From: Escherichia phage HMD-9
Sequence record: PV287714.1
Strand: one strand, 5' to 3'
Length of the DNA stretch: 64,000 bases
The notes below the pieces were generated by a model. It made no database searches and was not told the origin of the DNA. It was given only the letters and a program-made list of their open reading frames with translations. The stretch's first letter is position 1. Each line of letters begins with the position of its first letter. Made by a program: the position numbers and the translations under genes. This document shows, piece after piece, positions 54,633 to 64,000 of the stretch.

Positions 54633-55748
54633 ATGGAAAAATTTATGGCAGAGTTTGGACAAGGATATGTCCAAACGCCATTTTTATCGGAAAGTAATTC
54701 AGTAAGATACAAAATAAGCATAGCGGGTTCTTGCCCGCTTTCTACAGCAGGACCATACGTTAAATTTCAGGATAATCCTATCGGAAATCAAACATTTAGC
54801 GCAGGCCTTCATTTAAGAGTTTTTGACCCTTCAACAGGAGCATTAGTTGATAGTAAGTCATATGCTTTTTCGACTTCAAATGATACTACATCAGCTGCTT
54901 TTGTCAGTTTCATGAATTCTTTTTCAAACAACAGACTTGTTGCTATATTAACCAGTGGAAAGGTTAATTTTCCTCCTGAAGTGGTATCTTGGTTAAGGGG
55001 AGCAGGAACGTCTGCTTTTCCATCAGATTCAGTATTGTCAAGATTTGACGTATCATATGCTGCTTTTTACACTTCTTCTAAAAGAGCTATTGCATTAGAA
55101 CATGTTAAACTGAGTAATAGAAAAAGCACAGATGACTATCAAACTATTTTAGATGTTGTATTTGACAGTTTAGAAGACGTTGGAGCTACGGGATTTCCTA
55201 AAAGAACATATGAAAGCGTTGAGCAATTTATGTCAGCGGTTGGCGGAACCAATAACGAAATTGCGCGATTGCCAACTTCAGCTGCTATAAGTAAACTCTC
55301 TGATTATAATTTAATTCCTGGCGATGTTCTTTATCTTAAAGCTCAGTTATATGCCGATGCAGATTTACTTGCGCTTGGAACTACAAATATATCTATCCGT
55401 TTTTATAATGCATCGAATGGATATATTTCCTCTACCCAAGCTGAGTTTACTGGACAAGCTGGGTCTTGGGAATTAAAGGAAGATTATGTAGTTGTTCCTG
55501 AAAATGCAGTCGGATTTACTATATATGCGCAGAGAACTGCTCAAGCTGGTCAAGGCGGAATGAGGAATTTAAGCTTTTCTGAAGTATCAAGAAATGGCGG
55601 CATTTCAAAACCTGCCGAATTTGGCGTCAACGGTATTCGCGTTAATTATGTCTGTGAATCGGCTTCACCTCCAGATATAATGGTACTTCCTACACAAGCC
55701 TCTTCTAAAACTGGCAAAGTGTTTGGGCAAGAATTTAGAGAAGTTTAA
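54633..55748 (+). CDS. 35: long tail fibre hinge (knee) protein
   Basis: 371-aa ORF; size/position as T4 gp35. Confidence 0.9.
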   Translation: MEKFMAEFGQGYVQTPFLSESNSVRYKISIAGSCPLSTAGPYVKFQDNPIGNQTFSAGLHLRVFDPSTGALVDSKSYAFSTSNDTTSAAFVSFMNSFSNNRLVAILTSGKVNFPPEVVSWLRGAGTSAFPSDSVLSRFDVSYAAFYTSSKRAIALEHVKLSNRKSTDDYQTILDVVFDSLEDVGATGFPKRTYESVEQFMSAVGGTNNEIARLPTSAAISKLSDYNLIPGDVLYLKAQLYADADLLALGTTNISIRFYNASNGYISSTQAEFTGQAGSWELKEDYVVVPENAVGFTIYAQRTAQAGQGGMRNLSFSEVSRNGGISKPAEFGVNGIRVNYVCESASPPDIMVLPTQASSKTGKVFGQEFREV

Positions 55749-55753
55749 ACTGA

Positions 55754-55780
55754 GGGAGCCTTCGGGTTCCCTTTTTCTTT
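55754..55780 (+). terminator. rho-independent terminator after gene 35
   Basis: GGGAGCC-TTCG-GGTTCCC hairpin followed by TTTTTCTTT. Confidence 0.7.
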
Positions 55781-55787
55781 ATAAATA
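55780..55787 (+). promoter_or_regulatory. late promoter TATAAATA (gene 36)
   Basis: Exact TATAAATA 23 nt upstream of gene 36 ATG. Confidence 0.65.
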
Positions 55788-55810
55788 ATATTAAAATAAA
55801 GGGGCATATA

Positions 55811-56500
55811 ATGGCTGATTTAAAAGTAGGTTCAACTGTGGGTGGATCTGTCATTTGGCATCAAGGAAATTTTCCATTGAATTCAGCCGGTGACGATGTA
55901 CTCTATAAATCATTTAAAATATATTCAGAATATAATAAACCGCAGGCAGCTGATAACGATTTCGTTTCTAAAGCTAATGGTGGCACAAAGTCTCAAGGTT
56001 TCCAAAAAGAAGTAGAATTTAAAGAAGGCGTTAAGATTTCTGCAACGTTTTCTGGAGGTTCAGACCTGAATGGGTTATATTCTGGCAATGGAGATGGAGC
56101 TTCCAGAGAAAAAGCTAACATGGATTTACGTTCATGGTACGGCATTGGTATTTGGAACACATGCACAAGTGATGGGATACAGGGACGCACAATCTGGTTT
56201 AATGCCAGGAGTGGTAAAGTTGAAACAGTTGGCAATATTGTTTCTGGCCAACAAGTTATTTCTAATGCTTCAGGACCGACCGCCCCGGCACACTTAACTC
56301 GCAAAGATTATGTTGATGGAGCAATAAATATTGTTACAGCAAACGCAAACTCTAGGGTATTACGCTCTGGAGATACTATGACAGGAAATTTAACTGCGCC
56401 AAACCTTTTTTCACAGAATCCTGCATCTCAACCCTCACATGTTCCACGATTTGATCAAATTGTTATTAAGGATTCTGTTCAAGATTTCGGCTATTATTAA
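55811..56500 (+). CDS. 36: long tail fibre distal connector
   Basis: 229-aa ORF; position as T4 gp36. Confidence 0.9.
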   Translation: MADLKVGSTVGGSVIWHQGNFPLNSAGDDVLYKSFKIYSEYNKPQAADNDFVSKANGGTKSQGFQKEVEFKEGVKISATFSGGSDLNGLYSGNGDGASREKANMDLRSWYGIGIWNTCTSDGIQGRTIWFNARSGKVETVGNIVSGQQVISNASGPTAPAHLTRKDYVDGAINIVTANANSRVLRSGDTMTGNLTAPNLFSQNPASQPSHVPRFDQIVIKDSVQDFGYY

Positions 56501-56508
56501 GAGGACTT

Positions 56509-59500
56509 ATGGCTACTTTAAAACAAATACAATTTAAAAGAAGCAAAACTGCAGGAGCACGTCCTGCCGCTTCAGTATTAGCCGAAGGTGAATTGGCTAT
56601 AAACTTAAAAGACCGTGTACTTTTTACTAAAGACGATCAAGGGAATATCATTGATCTGGGTTTTGCTAAGGGCGGTAGTATTGACGGGAATGTTATTCAT
56701 AACGGTAACTACAACCAGACTGGCGATTACACTATAACCGGAGCTATTTCACAAAAGTCTGGACATTTTACTACTACCGGTAGTATAACAGCAACCGGTG
56801 ATGTCACAGCAAAATCTCGCCTAATGACTGATATAGGCGAAGTTTTGGTACGTAGTAATGGTACCGCACATGTTCGATTCCAGGATTTGGCTGATGGACG
56901 CGAAAGAGCTATAATTTATTCTCAAAACCGTACTGGGAATACCAAGCAAATATTGAACGTTCGTGTTCAGGATTACACTAATTCAACATCTAATACTTTT
57001 GCATTCAACGGTGACGGTTTATTTTATGCCCCATCTATTTCCGGCGGAACATCAGTAAAATCTCCAGTAATTTATACCAATACTGTTAATACAGACAGTA
57101 AGAATATTGGCGATTACGATATATCTTCATTAGCAAATAACACTCCATTGGCAGAAAGCGAAACGGCTATTAACCACCTCCGTGTTATGCGAAATGCTGT
57201 AGGATCTGGTATATTCCATGAAGTTAAAGATAATGATGGAATAACTTGGTATACCGGAGATGGCTTAGACACTTATCTTTGGTCGTTTACCTGGTCTGGT
57301 GGATTGAAAGCGGGTCATTCTATTTCTGTTGGTACTCCTGGTGGCAATAAAGGATACTCTGAATTAGGGACTGCTTCAATTTCTCTTGGTGATAATGATA
57401 CCGGGCTAAAATGGCATCAGGATGGATATTTCCAAACAGTAAACAACGGGACAAGAACTTTCACCTATGGCCCTACCGAAACACAAAGCCTTAGAAAAAT
57501 GGTTATGGGTTATTCTCCGGACGGGATTCTTATGACAACGCCGCCGACAGAAAACTATGCATTAGCCACTGTTGTTACTTATCATGATAATAACGCGTAT
57601 GGTGACGGTCAGACTCTTTTAGGATATTATCAAGGCGGTAATTATCATCACTATTTCCGCGGTAAGGGTACCACAAACATTAATACTCATGGCGGTTTGT
57701 TAGTTACTCCAGGTGATATTAATGTTATCGGTGGTTCGGTTAATATCGATGGTATAAATAATTCTTCTACCCTGCTATTTAGAGGCAACACGACCGGAGC
57801 TAGTTCAGTTGATAATATGACAATTTCCGTTTGGGGCAATACGTTTACTAATCCTAGTGTAGGTAATCGTAAAAACGTCATGGAAATTTCTGATGCAACT
57901 AGCTGGATGAGCTATATTCAAAGACTTACAACTGGTGAAGTAGAAATGAACGTTAACGGTTCATTTGAATCATCTGGTGTTACTGCTGGACATAGAGGAG
58001 TTCACACAACAGGCGAAATTTCATCCGGAGCAGTGAATGCGCTTCGCATTTGGAATGCAGATTATGGAGTCATTTTCCGTCGTTCAGAAAACAGTCTTCA
58101 TATTATTCCGACTGCTTACGGTGAAGGTAAAAATGGAAATATCGGTCCACTTCGCCCGTTCCGTATGGACCTTGATACAGGTAAAGTAAGTATTCCTAAT
58201 ATGGATACTACTAATTTGATTATGAACCCAAATGGTTCTATTAAATTTACTGGTCATGGTAATGGTACCGAGCTGTATGGTAATCAGTATGGGCAAGCGG
58301 CACCGATTTATCAAGAAATTAATAATGATTCCGCTTCTGCTTATATTCCAATTATAAAACAGAAATACTTAAATGGCGGTATAATGTGGTCTATGGGAAC
58401 AGAACTTAATTCCGGTGATTTTGTAATCCATAGAATTAATGCCGCCGGTGATGAAAACCGAATTATTAAATTTGATAGTAACTGCGTTCCGCATTTCCCG
58501 GATAACGTGCTGGTTGGCGGTGATATTAACATGAAAGGCGCGATGACTTTTGACGCCGGACGTTTAGGATCACGAGATTATTTTAAATTTAACCATTGGG
58601 GTGATAGTAATAATGCTCGTGATAACATCATCCAGTTAGAAGATAGTCAAGGCGCTCATTTTTCCACTGAACGTACTTTAGCGACTGGTGCAATTAAAAC
58701 TCGTTTCTTTGGCGAAACATTTACTGATGGTACATTATACCTAAATCAGATGAATAATAGCTCTGAACGATTCTCTATCAGAAATTGGGGAAATTCAGAA
58801 GTTGGTCGCGCGGCAGTGATGGAAGTCGGTGATTCCAAAGGTTATCACTTCTATACGGAACGCAGGACAGATAATAGTTTGGCGTTTGATGTTGCTGGCG
58901 TTTTTACCGTGCATGGACCTACCGGGATCACTATCAAAAACTCTGCTGGTGCACGACATATCTGGTTTAGAGATGATAGCGATGCAGAAAAGTCTGTTAT
59001 CTGGGCTACAGATGAGGGTATTTTACATATTCGCAATAACTATGGTGGAGCAGTTGCACATCGCTTCCAGGGCGCGATGTTTAAACTTAACGGACGTGTT
59101 CCTTATGCCGCAGATCAAGGAATTATTCGTGGTGAGGTTTCTGGCGGTGCTTATGTGGATTGGAGAAATCGCCCTGCTGGTTTGTTGCTTGACTGTCAAC
59201 AAAGCGTTGATAGTGCTCATGCCATTTGGAAAGCGGTTGATTGGGGGCGTAACTACATCGCTGCTTTGGATGTTCATATGCCAGGTAATAGTAATAATAC
59301 TGCAGCAGCGATTCTCCATGTTCAAGATGCTAATTATCAATTCCATGCAAGTGGAGAATTTCATGCCACTGGTAACGGAAGCTTTAACGATGTTTATATT
59401 CGATCAGACCGTCGCCTCAAAGAAAACATCGAAGATTATATAGGAAATGCAACTGATTTAATCGGTAAACTGAAAGTTAAAACCTACGATAAAGTTAAAT

Positions 59501-59757
59501 CATTATCCGACCGTGAAATTATCGGTCATGAGATTGGCATTATCGCACAGGATTTACAAGAAATATTACCAGAAGCGATTAATATTTCGAAAATTGGCAA
59601 TCTTGATAAACCAGACGAAGTTCTGACAATTTCTAACTCTGCTGTGAATGCTCTTTTAATTAAGGCCATTCAGGAAATGAGTGAAGAAATTAAAGAATTG
59701 AAAACGCCTTTCTTCACTAAAATTGCTCGCAAAATTGGTAAATACTTTAAATTCTAA
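56509..59757 (+). CDS. 37: long tail fibre distal subunit with C-terminal intramolecular-chaperone (S74-like) domain
   Basis: 1082-aa ORF; last ~120 aa contain the [14 protein letters not shown] autoprocessing-type motif. Confidence 0.93.
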   Translation: MATLKQIQFKRSKTAGARPAASVLAEGELAINLKDRVLFTKDDQGNIIDLGFAKGGSIDGNVIHNGNYNQTGDYTITGAISQKSGHFTTTGSITATGDVTAKSRLMTDIGEVLVRSNGTAHVRFQDLADGRERAIIYSQNRTGNTKQILNVRVQDYTNSTSNTFAFNGDGLFYAPSISGGTSVKSPVIYTNTVNTDSKNIGDYDISSLANNTPLAESETAINHLRVMRNAVGSGIFHEVKDNDGITWYTGDGLDTYLWSFTWSGGLKAGHSISVGTPGGNKGYSELGTASISLGDNDTGLKWHQDGYFQTVNNGTRTFTYGPTETQSLRKMVMGYSPDGILMTTPPTENYALATVVTYHDNNAYGDGQTLLGYYQGGNYHHYFRGKGTTNINTHGGLLVTPGDINVIGGSVNIDGINNSSTLLFRGNTTGASSVDNMTISVWGNTFTNPSVGNRKNVMEISDATSWMSYIQRLTTGEVEMNVNGSFESSGVTAGHRGVHTTGEISSGAVNALRIWNADYGVIFRRSENSLHIIPTAYGEGKNGNIGPLRPFRMDLDTGKVSIPNMDTTNLIMNPNGSIKFTGHGNGTELYGNQYGQAAPIYQEINNDSASAYIPIIKQKYLNGGIMWSMGTELNSGDFVIHRINAAGDENRIIKFDSNCVPHFPDNVLVGGDINMKGAMTFDAGRLGSRDYFKFNHWGDSNNARDNIIQLEDSQGAHFSTERTLATGAIKTRFFGETFTDGTLYLNQMNNSSERFSIRNWGNSEVGRAAVMEVGDSKGYHFYTERRTDNSLAFDVAGVFTVHGPTGITIKNSAGARHIWFRDDSDAEKSVIWATDEGILHIRNNYGGAVAHRFQGAMFKLNGRVPYAADQGIIRGEVSGGAYVDWRNRPAGLLLDCQQSVDSAHAIWKAVDWGRNYIAALDVHMPGNSNNTAAAILHVQDANYQFHASGEFHATGNGSFNDVYIRSDRRLKENIEDYIGNATDLIGKLKVKTYDKVKSLSDREIIGHEIGIIAQDLQEILPEAINISKIGNLDKPDEVLTISNSAVNALLIKAIQEMSEEIKELKTPFFTKIARKIGKYFKF

Positions 59758-59761
59758 TAAC

Positions 59762-59780
59762 AAGGGGCATTGCCCCTTTG
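59762..59780 (+). terminator. hairpin after gene 37
   Basis: GGGGC-ATT-GCCCC then TTTGG. Confidence 0.45.
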
Positions 59781-59789
59781 GAGATAATT

Positions 59790-60569
59790 ATGTCAGTAGT
59801 TGGTGTTCCTGGTTGGATTGGTAGTTCATCCGTAAATGAAACAGGACAACGATGGATGAGTCAAGCGGCTGGTCAATTAAGATTAGGTGTTCCTTGCTGG
59901 ATGAGTCAATTTGCAGGTCGCTCAAGAGAAATTATTCACACACTTGGAGCAGACCATAACTTCAATGGTCAATGGTTCCGAGATAGATGTTTTGAGGCAG
60001 GTAGTACACCTATAGTGTTTAATATCACTGGAGATTTAGTATCATATTCTAAAGATGTTCCTTTATTCTTCATGTACGGAGATACACCGAATGAATATGT
60101 TCAGTTGAATATACATGGCGTAACGATGTATGGTCGTGGCGGGAATGGCGGTAGCAATAGTCCCGGATCGGCTGGGGGTCATTGTATTCAAAATGATATT
60201 GGTGGAAGACTAAGAATTAATAATGGCGGAGCTATTGCAGGCGGCGGTGGCGGTGGCGGCGGCGGTAACTACGGTAGACTATCATTTGGTGGTGGTGGTG
60301 GTCGCCCATTCGGTGCTGGCGGGTCTTCCTCTCATATGGGTGCTGGTGCAACCGCTGGCACCATTTCCGCTCCGGGTGCAGGATCTGTCGGTGAGGGGTC
60401 TCTTTGGGTATATACAGGCGGGAATGGCGGTGAAGTTGGCTCAGCAGGAGGTAGATGTAATATTCATGGGAACGGTACAGAATATAACGGTGGTGCTGCT
60501 GGTTATGCCGTCATAGGGTCTACACCGACATGGCAAAACGTTGGAGCAATATATGGTCCAAGAGTATAA
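59790..60569 (+). CDS. 38: T2-type receptor-recognising adhesin with glycine-rich motifs
   Basis: ORF-track start is TTG; ATG with GGAG RBS gives 259 aa; runs such as GGGGGGGGGN, GGGGG and GGNGG separated by short variable segments. Confidence 0.88.
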   Translation: MSVVGVPGWIGSSSVNETGQRWMSQAAGQLRLGVPCWMSQFAGRSREIIHTLGADHNFNGQWFRDRCFEAGSTPIVFNITGDLVSYSKDVPLFFMYGDTPNEYVQLNIHGVTMYGRGGNGGSNSPGSAGGHCIQNDIGGRLRINNGGAIAGGGGGGGGGNYGRLSFGGGGGRPFGAGGSSSHMGAGATAGTISAPGAGSVGEGSLWVYTGGNGGEVGSAGGRCNIHGNGTEYNGGAAGYAVIGSTPTWQNVGAIYGPRV

Positions 60570-60599
60570 TTTGAATAAATATCCTTAAAAGGAGGGTCT

Positions 60600-61256
60600 A
60601 TGGCAGCACCTAGAATATCATTTTCGCCCTCTGATATTCTATTTGGTGTTCTAGATCGCTTGTTCAAAGATAACGCTACCGGGAAGGTTCTTGCTTCCCG
60701 AGTAGCTGTCGTAATTCTTTTGTTTATAATGGCGATTGTTTGGTATAGGGGAGATAGTTTCTTTGAGTACTATAAGCAATCAAAGTATGAAACATACAGT
60801 GAAATTATTGAAAAGGAAAGAAATGCACGCTTTGAATCTGTCGCCCTGGAACAACTCCAGATAGTTCATATATCATCTGAGGCAGACTTTAGTGCGGTGT
60901 ATTCTTTCCGCCCTAAAAACTTAAACTATTTTGTTGATATTATAGCATATGAAGGAAAATTACCTTCAACAATAAGCGAAAAATCACTTGGAGGATATCC
61001 TGTTGATAAAACTATGGATGAATATACAGTTCATTTAAATGGACGTCATTATTATTCCGACTCAAAATTTGCTTTTTTACCAACTAAAAAGCCTACTCCC
61101 GAAATAAATTACATGTACAGTTGTCCATATTTCAATTTGGATAATATCTATGCTGGAACAATAACCATGTACTGGTATAGAAATGATCATATAAGTAATG
61201 ACCGCCTTGAATCAATATGTTCCCAGGCGGCCAGAATATTAGGAAGGGCTAAATAA
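60600..61256 (+). CDS. t: holin and lysis-inhibition sensor
   Basis: 218-aa ORF with one N-terminal TM helix and large periplasmic domain; size as T4 T. Confidence 0.92.
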   Translation: MAAPRISFSPSDILFGVLDRLFKDNATGKVLASRVAVVILLFIMAIVWYRGDSFFEYYKQSKYETYSEIIEKERNARFESVALEQLQIVHISSEADFSAVYSFRPKNLNYFVDIIAYEGKLPSTISEKSLGGYPVDKTMDEYTVHLNGRHYYSDSKFAFLPTKKPTPEINYMYSCPYFNLDNIYAGTITMYWYRNDHISNDRLESICSQAARILGRAK

Positions 61257-61529
61257 TTATTTGTTTGTATACATCTCTAGATATCGATATACACCCTCAA
61301 AACCCTCGTTGAATTCGTCGATGAGGGTTTTCTTATTTTCTTGGGTTAATTCAGAAACAATTTTACGGAATGAATTCTGATTCAATTTTCTACCTTCATG
61401 CGTTACTCCAATCTCATTCAGAAATGCGATAAAATTAACACGATTCTCAACAATATCTTCTCTGGAAAATTTAATCAAAATAGATGCAACAGTAATAATT
61501 TCACGAACTGTATCAATGTTTTTATTCAT
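61257..61529 (-). CDS. asiA: anti-sigma-70 factor AsiA
   Basis: 90-aa ORF MNKNIDTVREIITVASILIKFSRED...; matches T4 AsiA as recalled. Confidence 0.9.
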   Translation of the reverse strand: MNKNIDTVREIITVASILIKFSREDIVENRVNFIAFLNEIGVTHEGRKLNQNSFRKIVSELTQENKKTLIDEFNEGFEGVYRYLEMYTNK

Positions 61530-61541
61530 TAACTACACCAC

Positions 61542-61694
61542 TCAATTAGTTGACTTTATTATAATATCATCAGACGCTTGATTTGTAAACTGGTCTGTGT
61601 TATTTTCTTCAAAAATTTTTTCTACGAATTCCTTGAACGACTCACGTTCCTGAGCTACATTATGCTCGATTACCTTTTCAAGATTATGACTCAT
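61542..61694 (-). CDS. 50-aa hypothetical protein (asiA.5 position)
   Basis: Hand-translated MSHNLEKVIEHNVAQERESFKEFVEKIFEENNTDQFTNQASDDIIIKSTN; start overlaps arn stop (ATGA); below ORF-track cutoff. Confidence 0.45.
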   Translation of the reverse strand: MSHNLEKVIEHNVAQERESFKEFVEKIFEENNTDQFTNQASDDIIIKSTN

Positions 61695-61969
61695 TCGAAA
61701 TAATCTTCAATTTCGTAATCATGGACATAAATCATTATAGTTTTTAATACATCATCAATACTTTTTCCTGGAGCTGGAATTACGTAAAAATATCCTGCTT
61801 TTGAGAGGTCTTTATAAGTTCCAACCAAGAAATCATTATTCTCAAGATGTAGTTCTTCAACTAATTCATCGACAATTGAGTGGTATAAATTTGGTAGAAA
61901 CTTATATAGCTTTTCTAGAATGTCAATTTTGATTGTATATTGAACCACAGATTGAGAATCAATAATCAT
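61691..61969 (-). CDS. arn: Arn, DNA-mimic anti-restriction protein (McrBC inhibitor)
   Basis: 92-aa acidic ORF; size/position as T4 Arn. Confidence 0.6.
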   Translation of the reverse strand: MIIDSQSVVQYTIKIDILEKLYKFLPNLYHSIVDELVEELHLENNDFLVGTYKDLSKAGYFYVIPAPGKSIDDVLKTIMIYVHDYEIEDYFE

Positions 61970-62052
61970 AGACCTTCCCCTTATGTTTTTGTTTGCGATT
62001 AGATTCTTTAAACGCTTTCTTCTTATCTTTATGAACAGAAGCTTTATTAAAA

Positions 62053-62271
62053 TTATGTTTTGCGACTAAATTGTTCATAGTGCTGAATTACCTCTCTTAA
62101 ACATTTGCATGTGAATGAAAACTTTTTAGCTACACCACATTCAAATATATGTTCTCTTAAATCACTTGTATCAGTATATCCCATCTCAACGATAAAATGC
62201 CGTATTAGATTTTTATCTTTATCATTGAGAGAATTAAAATAATCGGATTTTGAATTAATTTCCCTGGCCAA
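62053..62271 (-). CDS. hypothetical small protein
   Basis: 72-aa ORF. Confidence 0.45.
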   Translation of the reverse strand: MAREINSKSDYFNSLNDKDKNLIRHFIVEMGYTDTSDLREHIFECGVAKKFSFTCKCLREVIQHYEQFSRKT

Positions 62272-62551
62272 ATTGAATCACCTTCAGTTGACGTTTTAGC
62301 TCTTTTATCATCTCTTCGTTCATCGCAATATAAAGATCGCGTAAAGCAGGCTTTAGCATTCCATTTATTGGGGAACTAAATGGACATACATAATCTTTTC
62401 CTACGAGCTTTTTAGTGAATTCCATATTACAGAACTGAAATGCCGGTTCATTGGCATAAATTCCCCATTTAGTTGACATCATTTTATTGGCATATTCCAA
62501 TGCCTGGATTTGATTCATAATTCCATCAATTTGAAACTTTTTAATATTCAT
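62255..62551 (-). CDS. hypothetical protein
   Basis: 98-aa ORF. Confidence 0.5.
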   Translation of the reverse strand: MNIKKFQIDGIMNQIQALEYANKMMSTKWGIYANEPAFQFCNMEFTKKLVGKDYVCPFSSPINGMLKPALRDLYIAMNEEMIKELKRQLKVIQFGQGN

Positions 62552-63012
62552 TAGTAAAGGTCCTCAGAGTAAAGTTCTTTTTCACTACCACCACGTTCAA
62601 TACGCACTTGTCCAGCGTAAGTTGCAATAATCATTGCTTCTTCACGTGTCCAATAATTACTATATTGGTCAATAAACCCTTGGTCATCATCACAAACTTG
62701 CTGAGTAACTAATTGAGGTTTAACTACATCTAAAACTTCTGCCATATCTTTAGAATAATGACGAGCACCTGGAATAACAAGAGTTCGTCCATCTTTTAAT
62801 TTAAAACGGTTGGCTGCGCAAACAATTCGTCGTTGATACTTTTGGTTTTCATCCCAGTATGCGGTCTGCCAACAGATTTCAGGAACTTCTGTAAGAATAT
62901 CTTCTTCTGCGCATTTATAACCATGTGCTTTAAATTTTTCAACAAGACTTTCTGGAGTTTCACGAGATAAAGGAACATTCAGCATTTTTAAACGATTAAT
63001 AAATGGGTTCAT
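62551..63012 (-). CDS. hypothetical protein
   Basis: 153-aa ORF. Confidence 0.5.
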   Translation of the reverse strand: MNPFINRLKMLNVPLSRETPESLVEKFKAHGYKCAEEDILTEVPEICWQTAYWDENQKYQRRIVCAANRFKLKDGRTLVIPGARHYSKDMAEVLDVVKPQLVTQQVCDDDQGFIDQYSNYWTREEAMIIATYAGQVRIERGGSEKELYSEDLY

Positions 63013-63338
63013 TTAAACCATCCTTTAATACGTTGCCACAAAGTTTTCTGTTGAGCTTTGTTAACACCAATTGAGCGAATAACTGGTTGAGATTCCTGAA
63101 ATTCTTTATAATCAGCAAGGTAAATTTCGTAAGCTGAATCTGTAAAAGAACTTATCGCTGCCATGAAATTATTGCGAATACCTACTGGAGCATCTTTACT
63201 TTCACGAATAATCATGTATTTGCCAATCTTAATCTTTACGATGGTTCCAAGATAAGCTCCATGGTACCAGATATCCCATCCCTCTTGAGTGGGTTCTGCA
63301 CAACGACGAAGTTCATTGATAATTTCTAACTTGTTCAT
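63009..63338 (-). CDS. hypothetical protein (motA.1 position)
   Basis: 109-aa ORF. Confidence 0.5.
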   Translation of the reverse strand: MNKLEIINELRRCAEPTQEGWDIWYHGAYLGTIVKIKIGKYMIIRESKDAPVGIRNNFMAAISSFTDSAYEIYLADYKEFQESQPVIRSIGVNKAQQKTLWQRIKGWFK

Positions 63339-63348
63339 TATTTATTCC

Positions 63349-63984
63349 TCACAGTTCAGATGCTACGGTGATTACAGCTTCAATGTTTTCTGCCGAGCGT
63401 TTAATGTCAAGATACACATTGCCATTTTTAGCGATTTTACATGACATTCCGATATCAGTAAATTTCTGAATATGATGTTCCATCATTTTGTATCCAAAAA
63501 TTCGCATATTTCCATTGTTGTTAATTTCAAAATTACGAATTCCGTGAGTGCGTTTTTCTAAAATAGCGAGATAGTTACTGCGATAAATTTCAATCTTTTT
63601 AACAACAAATCTGGTTTCATTTAAAAGTTTTATCATGAAATCTTTATCTTCTTCCATATCAGAAGTAATTTCACGAGCTTTACGAGTTGCTCGTTTTTTC
63701 AGTAGTTCCGGAGCATTTTCTTGTGCGTATAAAGTTGCTGCATTTGAAATAATATCCTGAGCTTCACCCGTAATGATTAATCCATCGCCAGATTTCTCCA
63801 CCAGGCCTTTTTTAATCAATACCCCAATATTACTATTAACTACTGCGTTACCTAAATCTGGATGCACCTCACGAACTTCTGCAGCTGTAATGAAATCTTT
63901 CTTAGCAATGGTAATTAAAATCGCAGCAGTTTTTTCATTCAGAACATCGTTAGAAGCTTTGATGATGTAAGTTACTTTAGACAT
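63349..63984 (-). CDS. motA: MotA activator of middle transcription
   Basis: 211-aa ORF; size and N-terminus as T4 MotA. Confidence 0.88.
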   Translation of the reverse strand: MSKVTYIIKASNDVLNEKTAAILITIAKKDFITAAEVREVHPDLGNAVVNSNIGVLIKKGLVEKSGDGLIITGEAQDIISNAATLYAQENAPELLKKRATRKAREITSDMEEDKDFMIKLLNETRFVVKKIEIYRSNYLAILEKRTHGIRNFEINNNGNMRIFGYKMMEHHIQKFTDIGMSCKIAKNGNVYLDIKRSAENIEAVITVASEL

Positions 63985-64000
63985 TTTCTAATCTCCGTAA

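Noticed and set aside
58829-59443. 204-aa plus-strand ORF overlapping gene 37 in another frame
   Set aside because: Embedded within the long tail fibre gene with no RBS; no evidence for an overlapping gene.
60180-60320. Possible CRISPR-like or simple-sequence array in GC-rich repeats
   Set aside because: These are in-frame poly-glycine codon runs within gene 38, with no repeat-spacer periodicity; no CRISPR array exists in the window.
60223-60516. 97-aa alternative-frame ORF across the Gly-rich part of gene 38
   Set aside because: Produced by reading GGC/GGT repeats out of frame (Ala/Val runs); the gene 38 frame is the supported one.

Overview
The window is a contiguous segment of a T-even (T4-like) myovirus genome, not T4 itself. 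Evidence: gene order, protein lengths and many protein sequences match T4 as I recall them, but td exon codons differ at synonymous sites, nrdB is uninterrupted, and gene 38 is a T2-type glycine-rich adhesin. All T4 comparisons are from memory; no database search was run. Plus strand carries late structural operons: terminase gene 17 (3' end), tail sheath/tube 18-19, portal 20, head genes 67-68-21-22-23-24, baseplate hub 51-27-28-29-48-54, long tail fibre 34-35-36-37-38 and holin t, each preceded by TATAAATA late promoters. Minus strand carries early/middle genes: rnlB, hoc, inh, uvsY, 25, 26, alt, DNA ligase 30, rIII, 31, cd, pseT, a spanin pair, alc, rnlA, denA, nrdB, an HNH endonuclease, nrdA, intron-split td, frd, 32, 59, 33, dsbA, rnh, asiA, arn, motA, plus many small early ORFs driven by GTTTAC-N17/18-TAnnnT promoters. 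I found no CRISPR array, tRNA or rRNA, and no obvious multi-gene novel system. The most interesting departures from the T4 layout are: (1) a ~410-bp insertion with an orphan 115-codon ORF exactly at the frd/td junction; (2) a 254-nt td group I intron with no homing-endonuclease ORF; (3) a NADAR-like ORF and a HAD-like ORF with a His/Tyr/Pro repeat tail in the block below alt/gene 30; (4) a decayed partial duplicate of the alt 5' end; (5) two free-standing homing-endonuclease genes (GIY-YIG, HNH); (6) a T2-type receptor-recognition module (gp37 C-terminal autochaperone domain plus Gly-rich gp38).
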